A stretch of 64,000 nucleotides of DNA from the NCBI RefSeq assembly GCF_041956535.1, contig NW_027192191.1, positions 817,443-881,442 on the forward strand, written 5' to 3'. The DNA comes from Calcarisporiella thermophila CBS 279.70. Lineage: Eukaryota; Fungi; Calcarisporiellomycota. The notes under the pieces are model-generated. The model saw nothing but the letters and a program-made list of their open reading frames with translations, had not been told where the DNA came from and did not search any database. Below, piece after piece: positions 11,344-24,800 of this stretch. A program made the translations under genes and the position numbers. How positions within the stretch are numbered: the stretch's first letter is position 1; each line of letters starts with the position of its first letter.

Positions 11344-12792
11344 ATGGACAACTTTACTAACGATATCATCTTTGGCCCGGCTGTAATAACATTTATAATT
11401 GTTTTCATTACTGCTGCTTTGTACAATATGCTCTTTAGAACGAATTTAAGATTTGAAGAAAGAGTAAGAATATGATATATAAATTAGTAATTGTTTTCCA
11501 TTCATTTTTTTAACGCATCCTACTATAGCATTGCTTCATTACAGGCGGAAGTCAGGGATTGGGTCTTGGCCTCGCTCTCCAATTGTCCAAACGCGGTGCC
11601 AATGTTACCATTGTGTCGCGTTCAGTTGAAAATCTTAAAGCTGCCCTGGCTCAGATTGAGGCTGTAAAGATAAGCAATGATCAAAAATTCGCATACATTA
11701 GTGCTGATGTGACAAAAAAAGAGGAGGTTGCGCGTGCTTTTGATGAAGCAATTGAAAAACACGATGGTCATGTGCCCGAGTTTGTAGCCTGCTGTGCTGG
11801 TAAGTTACTTAGAGGCTTTTTAAAGAAGAAATACTTTTTCTAATTCTTTTTATAGGTCTCTCCATTCCTGGTCTCTTCATTGAACAGAGTTTAGAAATAC
11901 ATGAGAAACAGATGCAGCTCAATTATTTTGGCACACTTTATACTGTACATGTGAGTTTATGAGATTTCATTTCGTAACCAAGATTCACCGACGAATTTAA
12001 TTTATACGTAGGAGGCAGTGAAGCGAATGGTGGAAAGTGACATTAAGGGAAAAATTGTGGTTACAACATCGATTCTTGGCTTTCTGAGCTTTATCGGTTA
12101 TTCCTCGTACAGTCCCACGAAATATGCAATTAGAGGTTAGAAATAGAAATCAGTTCTAATTATTTTAGGCACCATATGTTAATCCAATTTTATAACTAAA
12201 AGGTCTTGCGGACTCACTCCGCAATGAGTTGAAGATGTTTGGCATTAGCATCCACACCTTCTTCCCTGGTAACATCGATAGTCCTGGTTTTGAAAATGAG
12301 GTAATTCATCTACAACGATTAATTATGAGATTTAACTAATTGTGACTATATCAACACGCATTTTCAAATTTCAGAATAAGACCAAGCCCGATATCACCAA
12401 AAAATTAGAAGGAGCTTCTTCACCTATGAATCCGGAGGCCTGTGCTAAGTGTCTAATCAATGGTATATATCTGATATAATCTATACCTCCTTTAAACGAC
12501 TTACATTATCGGTTTTTTTTAGGGATTGAAAAAAATCATGTACATATCACCAGCGATTTTATTGGTGAAATTTCGCGAATTGGAGCTGGATGTAGGTGCT
12601 CTTTTATTTTTTCACCTCTATAAGCAAAAAGCTCAAACATTTTTATTTTATCATCAATTAATAGCTTCTGCAATACCCAATAACTACCTAATTGAACTTT
12701 TTGCAAAGCCAATATTGTGGAGCGTCTTCTTTATTGTCAATCTCTTTTACGATATGGATGTAAGGAAGTTTGGCAAAAATTACAACAAGTAG
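11344..12792 (+). CDS. TSC10: 3-ketodihydrosphingosine reductase (SDR family), multi-exon
   Basis: N-terminal TM, ITGGSQGLG, catalytic YSPTK, FPGNIDSPGFENENKTKP motif characteristic of KDSR/Tsc10. Confidence 0.9.
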
Positions 12793-14614
12793 AAAAAAAA
12801 AATAGCACTTTCATTATATAATTGACTTTTTTTAATTTTTATTGATTATATTATAAATAATACTTTGAGGTACGCTTAATTTTACCCTCTAATTCGATTT
12901 ATAAATTTATTTAATGCCGCTTTTGCAAAACGTTAAATCTCAATAATATCTCGTGAATGTCTGCAATAGTCTATTACACTGATATAGCATTATTGCCTAA
13001 ATGCAATAAGAAAACTCAAGGATAATCGTGAGATCATTAGGGTTAAATTACCTCTAATAAACTGCAACCAGTTTGATAAAACCGTCTCAAAACGATAAGT
13101 TATATGAATAAACTGTATAACTGCCTACCAATTTTATAATTTAGTATTTACTAAAAGAGCTAGCTCTATATACTAGAGCCATTCGTAAGTATTAAAATGA
13201 GAACAAAAGCTATATATCAGTTGAGCGCTCTACTTGTTCGTGCTTGGTAAAATTTTTTTATGGAAATGCTGTATTCGGATAATCAAAGATATCCGATTAT
13301 AGCCTAGTGTTTTGTCTTTGTTTTTCCTTATTTTGTTGTATCAGGGTAAGCAAAAAATTTTCACAGGGTTCCAGCCAGACCCTTGTTCAAACATTTATAC
13401 AATATTTGGGATTTACAAGATAGGCTTCAATTATACACCTAGCGAAAGGTATGTTACTTGATTTGTTTCCCATCTCCCTTGAATGTGCCTAAAGAATTGC
13501 TTGGCGCTTAGTTTCATTATGATATCAGTCTATTTCGGCGTAATTTGTATATCCATTAGAGATAAATTAAATATCATTATATTCTAAAAATATAATTAGC
13601 CACACTTTTCAATTATTAAAATAACATCACAGTGCTAGAAATAACCTTTGTTATATTCCATAAGCTAATAGAAGTGCAAAAATATGAACCAGGTGCTATT
13701 CTATCCCAATTATATATGTCAAATAGTCTTATATATAAATAACAATAAATTTGTGTACTGATTCATGTTGCAGAATCTTTTTTGAAAAAATTTCAAATAT
13801 TTTGGTATTCAATGTTCAGGTCAGTATAAATAGATACTATCTTCAGGAAGAAAGGCATCTCAAATGTGTGCTGATGCCAACCAGTTCAAGTTTCATGTTT
13901 GTCTGGTAAAGCCTAAATTCCCGTAACAATATTTATGATTAAAACCGCGGCCATTGAATTGAGTCTAACCTACCACTTGTATAAGAAATCTTAGCCTAAT
14001 TCTAAGAAATGATAAATATGCTTGACGCTCTTAGTTAAGCAGATATGAAGTGAGTGACAATTTAAAAAAGAAAAGAATATAATGCATGTTTTCCTACAGC
14101 ATTTTAAACATGACAATTTTGATATATTTAGATCACCCTGGATATCTGGCTGAAATCTACTATGCCTATATTTGGAAACTCAGCATATGTAATCAATGTA
14201 TAACAAAATAGTGTCGAAACGACTTTTAAAGAAAAGCAAGATTCGGCAATTGTCAGCCTCGTTTACGTAGATAATGTGAGTATTTGACATTTTAGATAGT
14301 TAATACTCGCAGGATTGAATATCTCATGTCACGTGTGAGCTACTTGGGCGTTACAACCGTTCCAAACACCATTTTCACTGAAAACCCATGCTCTAAGCCA
14401 ATTGCCCTTCAAATTTTGACCGGGGTTTTGCATAGTTATATAAAATATCGTTTGTATATAAGGTCATATTTCACTATTGAATTTCCTAATCATTCTTGTA
14501 GTTTTTTCCTTTTTCTCTCCGGAATCACGATACGGTGTTTTTTTAAACCTCTTATTTGTTCCCATTGTTTTCGACTACACTTTTTAACAGTCCACTGAAG
14601 CACTTCACCATAAA

Positions 14615-14854
14615 ATGAAGCCCCTCGGATCTCTTTTCTTCTTTGCCGCATTCATTGCACTTCTTCAAGTTGCTTCAGCACAGTCGCTTTTCGGTATTGA
14701 CTGGAGCTCAATCTTTGGATCGAGTTGTGCTGACCAGTGCGATAAACAATTCAATATATGCGTCAGACAGTATTGCGGAAATAACCCGGATAATCCAAAT
14801 TGTAGATGTCCGGACCAATATGAGGCTTGTTCAAGACACTGTCCGCCAAGTTAA
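14615..14854 (+). CDS. small secreted 8-Cys protein (79 aa)
   Basis: Signal peptide MKPLGSLFFFAAFIALLQVASA; Cx3Cx6Cx4Cx8CxCx6Cx3C; good Kozak context (AAAATG); TATA-like element ~14454; paralog at 27308-27511. Confidence 0.85.
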   Translation: MKPLGSLFFFAAFIALLQVASAQSLFGIDWSSIFGSSCADQCDKQFNICVRQYCGNNPDNPNCRCPDQYEACSRHCPPS

Positions 14855-15411
14855 TGATATATGGGGATTATTTAAATACCTTGTTCAAAACTCGACACAA
14901 TGGTTTGCAGGCTGCTATAATTATGCCATCCTCTACTTCCTCTATGTAATGCACTTCATAGTATTAAATGCGTAGAATAAACTTATTTTTCCTCACTATT
15001 TTTAGTTCTTCTTGCATGATAGTAATAGCTTAATTGAAATGGTACTATTCCATGATCTTTGAATTCCAGAAATCAGTTATTTACCATGGACAATTTAACA
15101 AATTGAACAGCTTAACGATCATCTCCCTAACAAATATTTTTATTTAGGAAAGCATTATTTAGTGCTTGCTTGGGTTATTGTTATGTTTCAGTAAATATTA
15201 TAGGGTTAAGCTATAGTAGAGTCTGTTTCTCTCTTCTTAAATGGATGGAGACATATTTAAGTCATTTTATAGCCTATTTAGAGATTGGACATAATGATTG
15301 ATCATATGAAAAATTATGGCTTTGATTAGAAGACCAGTAGTTTAAAAACCATTTTTCGGATAACTAGTATAAATCAAAGGAGAGTAGAATATCACATATT
15401 AATCTCGTTTA

Positions 15412-16374
15412 ATGATGAATCAACGACCTCAGCGCCTACTATATGGCTACTTTCGTTCTTCATGCACTTGGCGCGTGCGAATTGCGCTGGGATACAAAGG
15501 ACTCGAATATAAAACTATATACACAAGTCTTATTAAGGGCGATGAGGTGTGAATTATAGCTTTGTTGTGAGCCACTAGCATGAGTTATATAGAATTTGGT
15601 TATAGCAATCACCAGAATATGCAAAAATAAACCCCTGCAAACGAGTTCCAACATTAGTTGATGACAATTTTACACTAACTCAATCTATCGCTATATTAGA
15701 ATACTTAGAAGAAAAGTATCCCGGTAGGCCTAGCTTCTCTCTATTTCATCATATAAGTATTTAATGTGATCCTACACCTTATACAGAAAAACCGATGCTT
15801 CCAAAAGATCTCCATGCGCGTGCTCAGGTTTGTAAAATATGGAGATATCTCTTTATAGGGATTTTCATCTTTAAAATAGATTCGCTCTCTAGTAAATGTC
15901 ATTGCATGTGATATCTTCCCTTTTCAAAATACTGGAGTGCTCAAACACGCACTTATAGACCCATTCCGTAGAGAATGGGCACAAGAATGGATTATCAAAG
16001 GTTTCACTGGTAGGCTCTAACAGTATATCGGTATGGGTTATATATAATTATATTTGGTGTGTTTAGGCCTAGAGGACTTGTTGAAAAAGACGTCCGGCAA
16101 ATATTGTTACGGGGATGAATTTACGCTTGCCGATTGCGTGCTTGTTCCGCAGGCTTTCAATGCGTTTGTACGGTAAAGTGTTTTTTTTCCTTATATACAT
16201 AAGTAAATGTAGTTTAATTTAGATTACGACTTTAGCTATAGAGTTGACGCATCTCAATTTCCAACAATCAAACGTGTGTACGAGAATTTACTGACTATAG
16301 AGGCCGTGCATAAAGCTCACCCTTTTCAACAACCAGATTGTCCCCCTGAATTCCGCGAGCTCGATTCCTTGTAG
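15412..16374 (+). CDS. maiA: maleylacetoacetate isomerase / glutathione S-transferase zeta, multi-exon (missed by ORF track)
   Basis: [17 protein letters not shown] (GSTZ SSC motif), [62 protein letters not shown]. Confidence 0.92.
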
Positions 16375-16830
16375 GGGACTTAACTGTCATAGATTAAATA
16401 TTCGAGTTGAATATTTAATAGATAATACTCTTTTTACAAAAATATTCTACTTCTATATTTATATCAAAATATCCTTTGTTTTTTACGAAAAATAAAATAA
16501 ATTTATTAGAGCTAATTTTAGTAAGGATAGATACTTCTACTTTGAGCCAGTATTCGTAATAAAACGTGGTAAATATATTTAACAATATCGATACAGAGAT
16601 AACATGAAACAAAATAATAAATGGTTACCCAAGTAGTTCATAGGAGAATGGAATAAACATGAATACACATGACCCGAATAATAAATAATGCTACTATCAT
16701 ACATAATCATGAGAAGTAAGTATGGATTGCTTATCGAACGTAGGGCAAAAGTCGAAACAACAATAAGCTCTAGGCTAATGTTCATAAAGTGCAGGTATTT
16801 CAGCCAAAAAAAGTCTCTCAAAATATATCC

Positions 16831-19186
16831 TTAAATTTGTGACAAGTTCACTCTACTTGAAGTGGGGCTACTGGTAACGCTGTTGCTGGCGATTGCTTCC
16901 GCGACTTCTTGCAACTCTGGATCCAGTTCCTCTTCTTCAACTGCGTGGAGAAGTGCCTGTTTACGCTGCTCGCTTGATTTCTCACGTTCTTCTCGCAGGG
17001 GGGGTAAGCGTTCATTTATTAAGTCAGATCGGCGAGCCTCTTCAAACGTGGTAATTGCTATAGGAATGTGTCGGTTAATACTAATTAAGCAAATACCAGT
17101 CAAATAGTAACAAACTTTACCCTGCTTGATTCCCTCGGTACCCAGCATAAGTGTGCCATAGGGGAGCTTTCCGGTTCCTGATTTGGTTTTCAGCTCCATA
17201 ACACTCTCGGATTCTTGTCTATAAGCAAAAAATATAGCTAAATGCTTAAAATGGCCAGGGCTTTTTACAGAAAATGCATTACCGCAGCACTTGAAATACT
17301 CTTGACATGCGGCCAATGGCAAGGATCTTATTTTTGATTATTTGGCGTCTTTGCTCAACATCCACATCTAACCAGTATTAGTATTGGTAAGAGAATGCTT
17401 AAACATGTAAATATATATTTCAGAATTATACCAGGGAGACTATTGGAAACAAGAGTTGGGCCTTCCTCATCGGCCAATTCCTCTTTGCTACATACGTTCA
17501 ATACAGCGAGGAGCATGTCTGTAACTATTGAAATGAAAAAAATAAATGAATTATTGTCATTTAACATGAATATGATTATCGCTCACTCTTTTCGCCAACA
17601 AAAGGCAAACTCCATGTGAACACGTCCATAAAATTGGGTAGCCAGTATGGGTGTGGCGTATAATTAAATTGTCGGATATTCATTACATTATTCTCATATT
17701 TGAGGATCGCAGCCTTGTTATTATATACATCAAGATAATTGGGTGCCGAAAATATGGTCATAACCGAGGGAAATCCAGTGGTCTTGGTCTTTCGGTACAT
17801 ACGATACCCTGCATCCTGAGCTTCGTGTGCACGGATTACCGAAAGGAGGTTATTTTTCTCTAAGAAGGCACAGGTTGCCTGATAACTAAAGAAGTAGGAA
17901 CAGCCCCTCAAGTGATTGTGCAAAAAAAATTCGTTTGACTTTTCTTGACCAAAGTCCTCGAGGGGATCAGCCCAAAGGAGATCACACATAAGACCGTGGG
18001 TGGGAGGTTCACGAAATCGATCGATCTAGAATATAAATATTAATGAAATTAATATAGGTTGCTCTTCAAGCAATTGATTTGCGAAGTGTAACAAACATTG
18101 CGTAGGTCATCTAGGGAAGTCAGCTCCGGAGAAAGACCACCATGTATGCACAAAAATTGTTTATTCATAATCGCTGCTAATGGAAGCGCACAAAATGACT
18201 CCATACACGCATCGTAGACTTTTTCCGAGTATTTGTGCTTGCCTAATAACTTATTTAGCACTACTATTATATATGTTTCCCTTGAATGAGCACTTACATT
18301 CAATTTGAAAAGTGAAATATCCCGTCAAGTGGCGGCATTCATGATTGCCTCGCAAGAGGAATAAGGTATTGGGATACCACATTTTAAGCGACCAAAGATA
18401 GAGCACGCACTACAAATATAATCGTCTGAGGAAAAATAACGGGATACATATCGGAAAAGAAAATATTCTACCTCTATCGAAAAATACCCACGGTCTACAT
18501 AATCACCAAGGAATAAATAAGTTGTATCTGCAGGGTTGCCACCCACCTCGAATAGTTTCATAAGATCGTAGTATTGTCCATGAATATCACCGCATACTAA
18601 TATGAACAATAATTAAACTAATTTGAGCCATTATTAGGAGAAATTGGTGCTATATATAACGGAATTATATTTATATTGTGTAGAAACAGAAAGATATGTA
18701 CCTGTAATTGGAGAACTCACTTCCAATAAATTAGGTTCTTTCCGCAATATCTCTGTTCCCTTTTGAATAATATAGAGGGCTTGTTCTTCTGTAATTCGAC
18801 CCTCTCGATAGAAATGACTCTTCAGGAATTGTATGTTAGGTAGATCAGGTTTTTCTTTTGAGAAGAATTCGGAATTGGTTGGCAGTTGGACAGCTGGGGC
18901 GGGTACCTCTAAAAAGAACAATAAAGATCAGTTGGCAAACGTTCAAAAAGGAAGTATATATTATACACATAGGTTCATGGGAGGGATATTGAGAATATAA
19001 ACATGATCATTAATTCCACTAACCTTTAATGACACGCTCTTTTGTCGAAATTTTAGTACCGTCTTCACAGGTGTATATTGAAAAATCAATTTTAGGTACA
19101 GGCTCCTTGTTTATGATCTTATCCAATACTGCATTAGAAGTGGTGTTTTGCGAAGTTGCAGCATATTCAAGTGCGTAATCCGTCAT
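16831..19186 (-). CDS. CNA1: calcineurin catalytic subunit A (PP2B), multi-exon
   Basis: [40 protein letters not shown], CnB-binding [23 protein letters not shown], CaM-binding [19 protein letters not shown], autoinhibitory [16 protein letters not shown]. Confidence 0.96.
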
Positions 19187-19368
19187 GTCACTGATCTTGC
19201 AGATCTCACAGTGATAATAATATCAAGTATCTTTGAAAATGTTCTGAAATTGTGACTATTTAAATCTCCAGAAACCGATCTATTCCACAAATATACATCC
19301 TGAATATCCAAATTTAGATAGGATGGATATTTCATATTAATTGCCCAAAAAAAAATAAAGGAAAATAA

Positions 19369-19379
19369 ACGCGTCGCGT
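19369..19379. promoter_or_regulatory. overlapping MCB-like boxes (ACGCGT/TCGCGT) upstream of WRAP73
   Basis: AACGCGTCGCGTT about 25-35 bp before the ATG. Confidence 0.45.
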
Positions 19380-19404
19380 TTAAACGTGAAAAACGAACAA
19401 GAAA

Positions 19405-21294
19405 ATGGATTTCACAGAAGCGTTTAAACAGTCCCAAAACGCAACAAAATTTTCACCGGACAGCTGCTACATTGCGACACCTGTAGGAAATCGCCTTGTG
19501 GTCCGCGATGTCGACACTATGCGCATTGTAACCCAGCGAGAATTTCCTTGGTCAATCCAAGAATTATTATGGTCTCCTGATGGGGAATATTTAATGGTGG
19601 CCAATCTGACCGCATGTCAGATTCGAGTGTGGAGTGTCGTGGATTTGGATTGGACCGCTGCAATTGATGAGACTACTCCAGCAGGATTGCTTGCAGTAGT
19701 GAAGTGGGCGCCGGATGGAAGAAGCATAATTACGATCCCTGATTTTGCGGTATGTGTTTTTCTACCAGCGAAATAGTTAGCAATCAAGCAATCCTACCTA
19801 CTTACAATCCCATATAACTCTAGCTTCGCTTAACTATATGGTCATTGTTAACAAAAAAGGTTACTTATATACAGAATCCGAAGTATACAGATAAAGGTAT
19901 GTATGTCGATAAACATAATATAAAAAAAATTGATAAATATTTAATAATGTCTTTAAGGAATATCATTCCGTGCCGATGGGAAATATCTCGCGATAATTGA
20001 GCGTCGTGACTCAAAAGATTATATTTGTATATATAGCACTACGGATTGGAAACAAGCTAAAGTAAATATAATATCGCTGTAAAGTGTAAAATCAATTAAA
20101 TTTCTAATATATTCAATAGCAAATATCAATTGATACGCTTGATTGCATGGGCTTTGAATGGTCGCCAGATGGTCAATTTATTGTTGTGTGGGAAAATATA
20201 ACTGAGGTAGTATGCAATTGTATTTCATATTCATTAGATATATTGCGCACTAGCGGATACTATATGTAGTATAAAGCGCTAATTTACTCTCTCGATGGTC
20301 GACGTGTATCCAATTATTCAGCATATAAGGAGGGCTTGGGAATCAAGTGTGTTTCATGGTCTCCTGATTCAAAACTCTTAGCCTTAGGAAGTTATGATCA
20401 GAATGTATATTTTGCCTTACTAAACGCCTTACCATATTCAAGTACCTAGCGAACTGAATGAAATTCTATCCTTAGGTGAGAATTCTAGACAACTTCAAAT
20501 GGAGCCCTATAAACGAGCTCTTTCACACTACAAATATTAATATCCCCGGCACGGTGAGATCGCAATTTCACTGTTGGTACTGATTTGTACAATTCTAGTT
20601 TACTGGATCCAAAATTTTTGTGATAGGTTATTTATCATGAGCGAGAAAAACATGAGGATGTAAAAATATTGAGAAATAGGAACGGGTGTAAGTCGACTGA
20701 TTCGCTATCTTTGTAATTAAATTTTATCAAGTTTTTTCGTTAATATATTGGTTAGATACCATATCCGAGCTACCCTTTACAGTAATATCCACCCGTCCCG
20801 ATCCTGAAAAGCCTAATCCAAAGCTGGGTGTTTCTTTTTGTGAATTTAATGCGGACGGCACCCTTCTCGCATCAAGGAATGGTAAATTATTTTACCCACT
20901 CTCGAAAATCTTTTGGGCTGAATTTCTTCCTACACTAGATAATATGCCCAATACCCTCTGGATATGGGATCCGAGTGATCCTAGACCGTTACTTCTAATG
21001 CACCATCGTCAGCCCATTAAAATTGTGAGGTGGGATCCGGTACATCCAGGTCGAATAGCGCTCTGTTGTGGAAATGGGTCACTCTATTTATGGACTGGCG
21101 TTGGTTTTGAACCCGAAGAGATTGAGATTCCTTTAGGTTTGTGAATATTATTGTATTGAGAAATACTATATAAATTAATTCGTTCTATTATAGTGAATTT
21201 TTCAATACACAATTTCCGGTGGAGTCCAGATGGAAGGTCACTGCTTCTTATGGATAAAGAAACTTTCTGTGTTGCGTATTTTGTAAACGAGTAA
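19405..21294 (+). CDS. WRAP73: WD40 protein WRAP73/WDR8 (centrosome/spindle-pole microtubule anchoring), multi-exon
   Basis: [93 protein letters not shown]. Confidence 0.88.
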
Positions 21295-21893
21295 TTGGCT
21301 TTATATAGCAATTCATGGTTCTAACTATACATTAGTTAGTGCGATTTCACTTTTCAAGTTTATGTGTATATAGAGTAGAATAAACATCCCCTAAATCCTA
21401 ATAAATATACCTATAACAAATACCAATTATTGCATGAAACTTCACTGAGTACTACTGTACAAAGAATAGCCTGGCAACCAGTTTGTTTTCCAGAAGATAA
21501 TTTGAGAAAATGTTACTGTATCGTAAAACATCACACAGTGAATTAATATTTATATATTAGCAAACTCGAATTAATAAAAAAGACTGCCACTGAGCTCAGC
21601 TGAGCCAGAGTAAGCGAAATGATGCTAAAGAGTTTATATGGGTTATCTTCCTAAATTGTTGACCTTGATACTGGCTTATAGTAATTAAAGAATGTTACAT
21701 ATATAATAAAATATTACACGGTTCTGAAGAACAATAAATGGATGACCATGTTAATGTGGATTATAACATGTAAATTGATTTAGACATATCAGTGAAAGAT
21801 TTTTCCAAAAGTAGAAATACTTTTGTAACAACTTGGTAGCGACGAAGAAGAAACAAACAACTGTAGTTTCCCAGTCCTACCTTGTCTTTCACG

Positions 21894-24800
21894 ATGCCGC
21901 CAAAAACACGTCAGTCTGCTGCACAAGAACAAACTGAAGAAGATTCGCATAATGAAACTTCGGTTGAAAATCTTTCGCCACAAGTACTGGCAAAGATATT
22001 TGAACTGCTGCAAGAACGAACGAATCGGAGCACGTCGCCTGATTCGATGGGTTCAACATCCAAGGTCACAAAGAAAATGCCTAGTGAATTTTCGGGAGAC
22101 AAATCAAAATCAGCCTCAGCTTGGCCGAAAGGCATTAAGTATTATTTGACAGTCAACGAAATCCCGAAAGAACGCTGGACAACGACCGTAGGATCGTTAT
22201 TGACCGAGGATGCCATGGATTGGCTTATGCAAACGTGCGAAATAAAACCACATTACATGAATGAGAACCTGGATACGGTCGAGGAGTTTTCAGCAGAGTT
22301 CTTGGCGAGATTCGAGTCTAAAGAAAGACAGCTTGATCTGCTTGTTAAGTTTATGAAAATCCGGCAAGTTGGTGATGTAAGGAGCTACATGACCGAGTTA
22401 AGCAAGTTTTGGGGCTTATTTCCGTGGATAAACGAGGGACTGCGCATGCCTAAATTCATTGCGGGTCTGAAAGAAGAGACGCAGCAACATGTACTCAACC
22501 TATTCCCTAAGAATTTGGAAGAGGCGTTTTCAATTGCAGTCCGCTAGGATGAATCTAAATTCGGTAATAATTCACGTTCGAGAAACCGAAATTACAGAGA
22601 CCGCAAAGATTCAAGGGCGACGGTTAATGAAAACCAGAACAAGGCGCGTAAACAAAACGGCCAAACCCCAAAGCCTCAGCAGCAAAAGCATGATCAACCG
22701 AGCGAAATCCCATATTGTTCTAGCTGCAGACAAAAGGGTCATCATCAGCAAGCATGCCCACATGCAAACCAGAAGGGAAAAGGCAGCAGCTAATGGAAAG
22801 TACCGAGGATTCCATTAGCAAAATCGACTCTCTCGGTCTCGAAAAAGATTCCAACTTGACATCCAGCAACAGGCAAAACGGTTTAGACTCAGCGGACATG
22901 AATGACCAACCGGAATTTCAGATTAGAATGGTAGTAAAAGGGGAAATTGGTGGTATCCCTGTGCCCATCCTAATTGACGACGGATCAGCCAAATGCTACG
23001 TTTCGAAGTGTATTGCAGAGCTCCTTCGGACACATTTGACTACGTCATTATCAAAAGGCGTTATTTTGCTAACGGTACTCACGAAGCAGTAAAATTCAGA
23101 CTCTATTCGGCCCCGGTGACGATCGGTGACTACGAGGAGAATTTGAGCTTTGACGTGACTGAGTTAGCAGGGCCAGAAGTAGTACTTGGCAAAAATTGGT
23201 TGACATATCGCGATGTTAACGTGCACCACCCAACCAACGTTGCAACATTTAAGGTGAACGATAAAGAATATAAGTTCACACACATCGATGATGCTGGAGG
23301 AAAAGCACTGCCAGGCATCTCGACCATATCTGCAATGCAGGCAAAGTGGGTACTCAAGAGGGGAGAGCAGTTGTATGCTATGGTAGTAACCGATACAGGG
23401 GAACAAAAACAAGTTGATGCGCAGCCTCCGCCTCCTGAGATACAAAGTTTGTTGAATGAATTCAAGGATGTGTTTCCGGAATCATTGCCGGCTGGATTGC
23501 CTCCTCAAAGAGAGGTGGATCACCGGATTGAGCTCATCCCAGGCTCAGAACCGCCGGCTAGGGCTCCATACCGAATGAGCCAGCCTGAACTGCAAGAATT
23601 GAAGCGACAGATTGATGAATTGCTGGAAAAAGAATTCATCAAACCATCCACATCACCGTATGGTGCATCAGTGCTATTTGCGCCAAAACGTGATGGAACG
23701 TTACGACTTTGCACCGATTATCGAGCACTTAACAAGGCAACTATCAAGAACCGATACCCATTGCCGCGCATTGATGATTTGCTGGACCAACATCATGGGG
23801 CCAAGTATTTCACGCGCATGGACCTGAGGCAAGGTTATCATTAGATTCGTGTCGCTTCCGAGGACACACACAAGACAGCCTTCAGGACACGTTATGGATC
23901 ATACGAGTATTTGGTTCTTCCATTTGGATTGTGCAACGCTCCTGCAACGTTCATGAGATTAATGAATGAGACGTTTGCACCTTTTCTGGATGTGTTCTTG
24001 TATATTTGGACGACATCCTAATATACAGCAAGAATTACCAGGAACATTTAACACATACCCGAAAAATACTAGAGATCCTGCAAAAGAATAAGCTGTACGC
24101 TAAACTACAAAAGTGCGAATTTGCCAAAACGTCGGTGGAATTTTTGGGTCACGTCGTAACAGGAGAGGGGATTGTAACCGACAGTAAAAAGACCGATGCA
24201 ATCTCGGAATGGCCTACACCCAAGTCGATCACAGAGTTGCGTTCATTCTTGGGTCTTTGCAACTTCTACCTAAGATTTGTCAAAGGGTTCGCCAGTATTG
24301 CTGCACCACTGACCAGTGCACTCAGCAACACTACAGATCTTAAGTGGACCTTGGAATGTCAACAAGCTTTTGAGAAACTGAAGAAGGCATTAGTACAAGC
24401 ACCAGTTTTATCACCACCCAACTATGAAAAAGCTTTTGAGATCTATGCAGACGCGTCAGATTTCGCAGTTGGGGCAGTTTTATGTCAACAATATGAGTGA
24501 GAGAGAGTACCGCGACCTATTGCGTTCATGTCAAAGAAACTGACAAAGGCACAATCGCGCTATGCAACACACGACAAGGAATTATTGGCAATCAAAATTG
24601 CTTTGGAACGGTGGACGCATTATGTCGGAGGAAGGCAGTTAACAATCTACTCCGACAACGCAAGCCTGGACACAATATTATCACGCCCAAATTTAACAAA
24701 ACGTCAGACAAGGTGGACAGGGAAATGCAATCTTTTAGACCAACAATAAAATACATCAAGGGCAGATACAACGTAGTAGCTGATGCGTTATCAAGGAGAC

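Noticed and set aside
12800-14600. Hidden gene or transposon in the long AT-rich gap
   Set aside because: No credible ORF, splice chain or terminal repeats; only short chance hairpins.
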